DNA of 64,000 nt, taken from assembly GCA_030141605.1 (NCBI GenBank), contig JAQGDQ010000047.1, positions 620,001 to 684,000 on the forward strand, given 5' to 3'. Below, piece after piece: positions 63,401 to 64,000 of the stretch. Position numbers and translations under genes: made by a program. The stretch is from Tubiluchus corallicola (Eukaryota > Animalia > Priapulida). Numbering within the stretch: the stretch's first letter is position 1; each line of letters starts with the position of its first letter. The notes under the pieces were generated by a model. The model worked only from the letters and a program-made list of their open reading frames with translations, made no database searches and was not told the origin of the DNA.

Positions 63401-64000
63401 GCTTGGTTGGGTGGAGGTGTTGACGGACGGAAGGTTAGTTAGGTTATGGTGGTAGAGTGGATGAATGGATGGAAAGTGTCATGGCTTATTGGACTGGAGA
63501 TGCATGGCGACATGTTTGTTCAACAAGCAAAATCACCCGTGCGCACTTACAGCGTTTTGGCTTTGGAAACCATTAAAATTGTGAATATCTGAATGTCTTT
63601 ATTTCCTTTTTGCGATTTAAACCAAGTTTCATTAATTCTTGATATCCTATCGCACAAAACACAATTTGGGTGTTTTTTCACTTTTTCACTTCCAAGGGCT
63701 AAAACGCATTAAACGATCGATCGTTTCCACCAATTATTTGTTAGTTTGTGGAAATTCTGGGAGTTCCCATTATTTTGCAGTGTGGAATAGACTAACCTTA
63801 CGCCGTTTAATGGAAACTGGGAACTGTCTGCATCTATGAGATTGACAAGTTACTTTACCTTATTTTTACTGAATTCCTATTTTCGAAAATCAATTAAACA
63901 ATAACCCAAACCAATAAGCCATTGCTCCGTTTGCCATGCATTTGTTATGTCAACTTGTCAAGTGCATAGCATCATAATCTGTTTCATAATAAGAAAGAAG

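Noticed and set aside
1-64000. CRISPR arrays, operons, rRNA, intact tRNA or snoRNA genes
   Set aside because: None seen. The tandem repeats lack unique spacers, and the C/D box-like words in introns lack properly spaced partners.

Overview
AT-rich, intron-rich animal (probably invertebrate) genomic DNA, not prokaryotic. I assembled four protein-coding genes by hand from splice signals and reading-frame phase. (1) A minus-strand IA-2/PTPRN-type receptor tyrosine phosphatase: 13 exons from 41433 down to 5440, covering the signal peptide, RESP18-like Cys region, a long acidic Tyr-rich region and the membrane-proximal IA-2 ectodomain; the TM and PTP exons were not found and presumably lie left of the window. 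(2) A plus-strand 680-aa RS-rich protein with a C-terminal Btz/SELOR-type motif and RGG box (THRAP3/BCLAF1-like), head-to-head with PTPRN. (3) A complete minus-strand eIF6 (245 aa, 7 coding exons), tail-to-tail with gene 2. (4) The first coding exon of a plus-strand STK17/DRAK-like kinase. Introns hold microsatellites, minisatellites, MITEs, LINE 3' remnants, SINE-like heads and inverted repeats with degenerate hammerhead-like cores. I found no convincing new multi-gene system. The best leads are a mirror-symmetric shared poly(A) site, candidate AS-NMD switches in the SR-like gene, the expanded Asp/Tyr IA-2 ectodomain, and decayed antisense exon-like blocks in PTPRN introns. Homolog motifs are quoted from memory; no database search was run.
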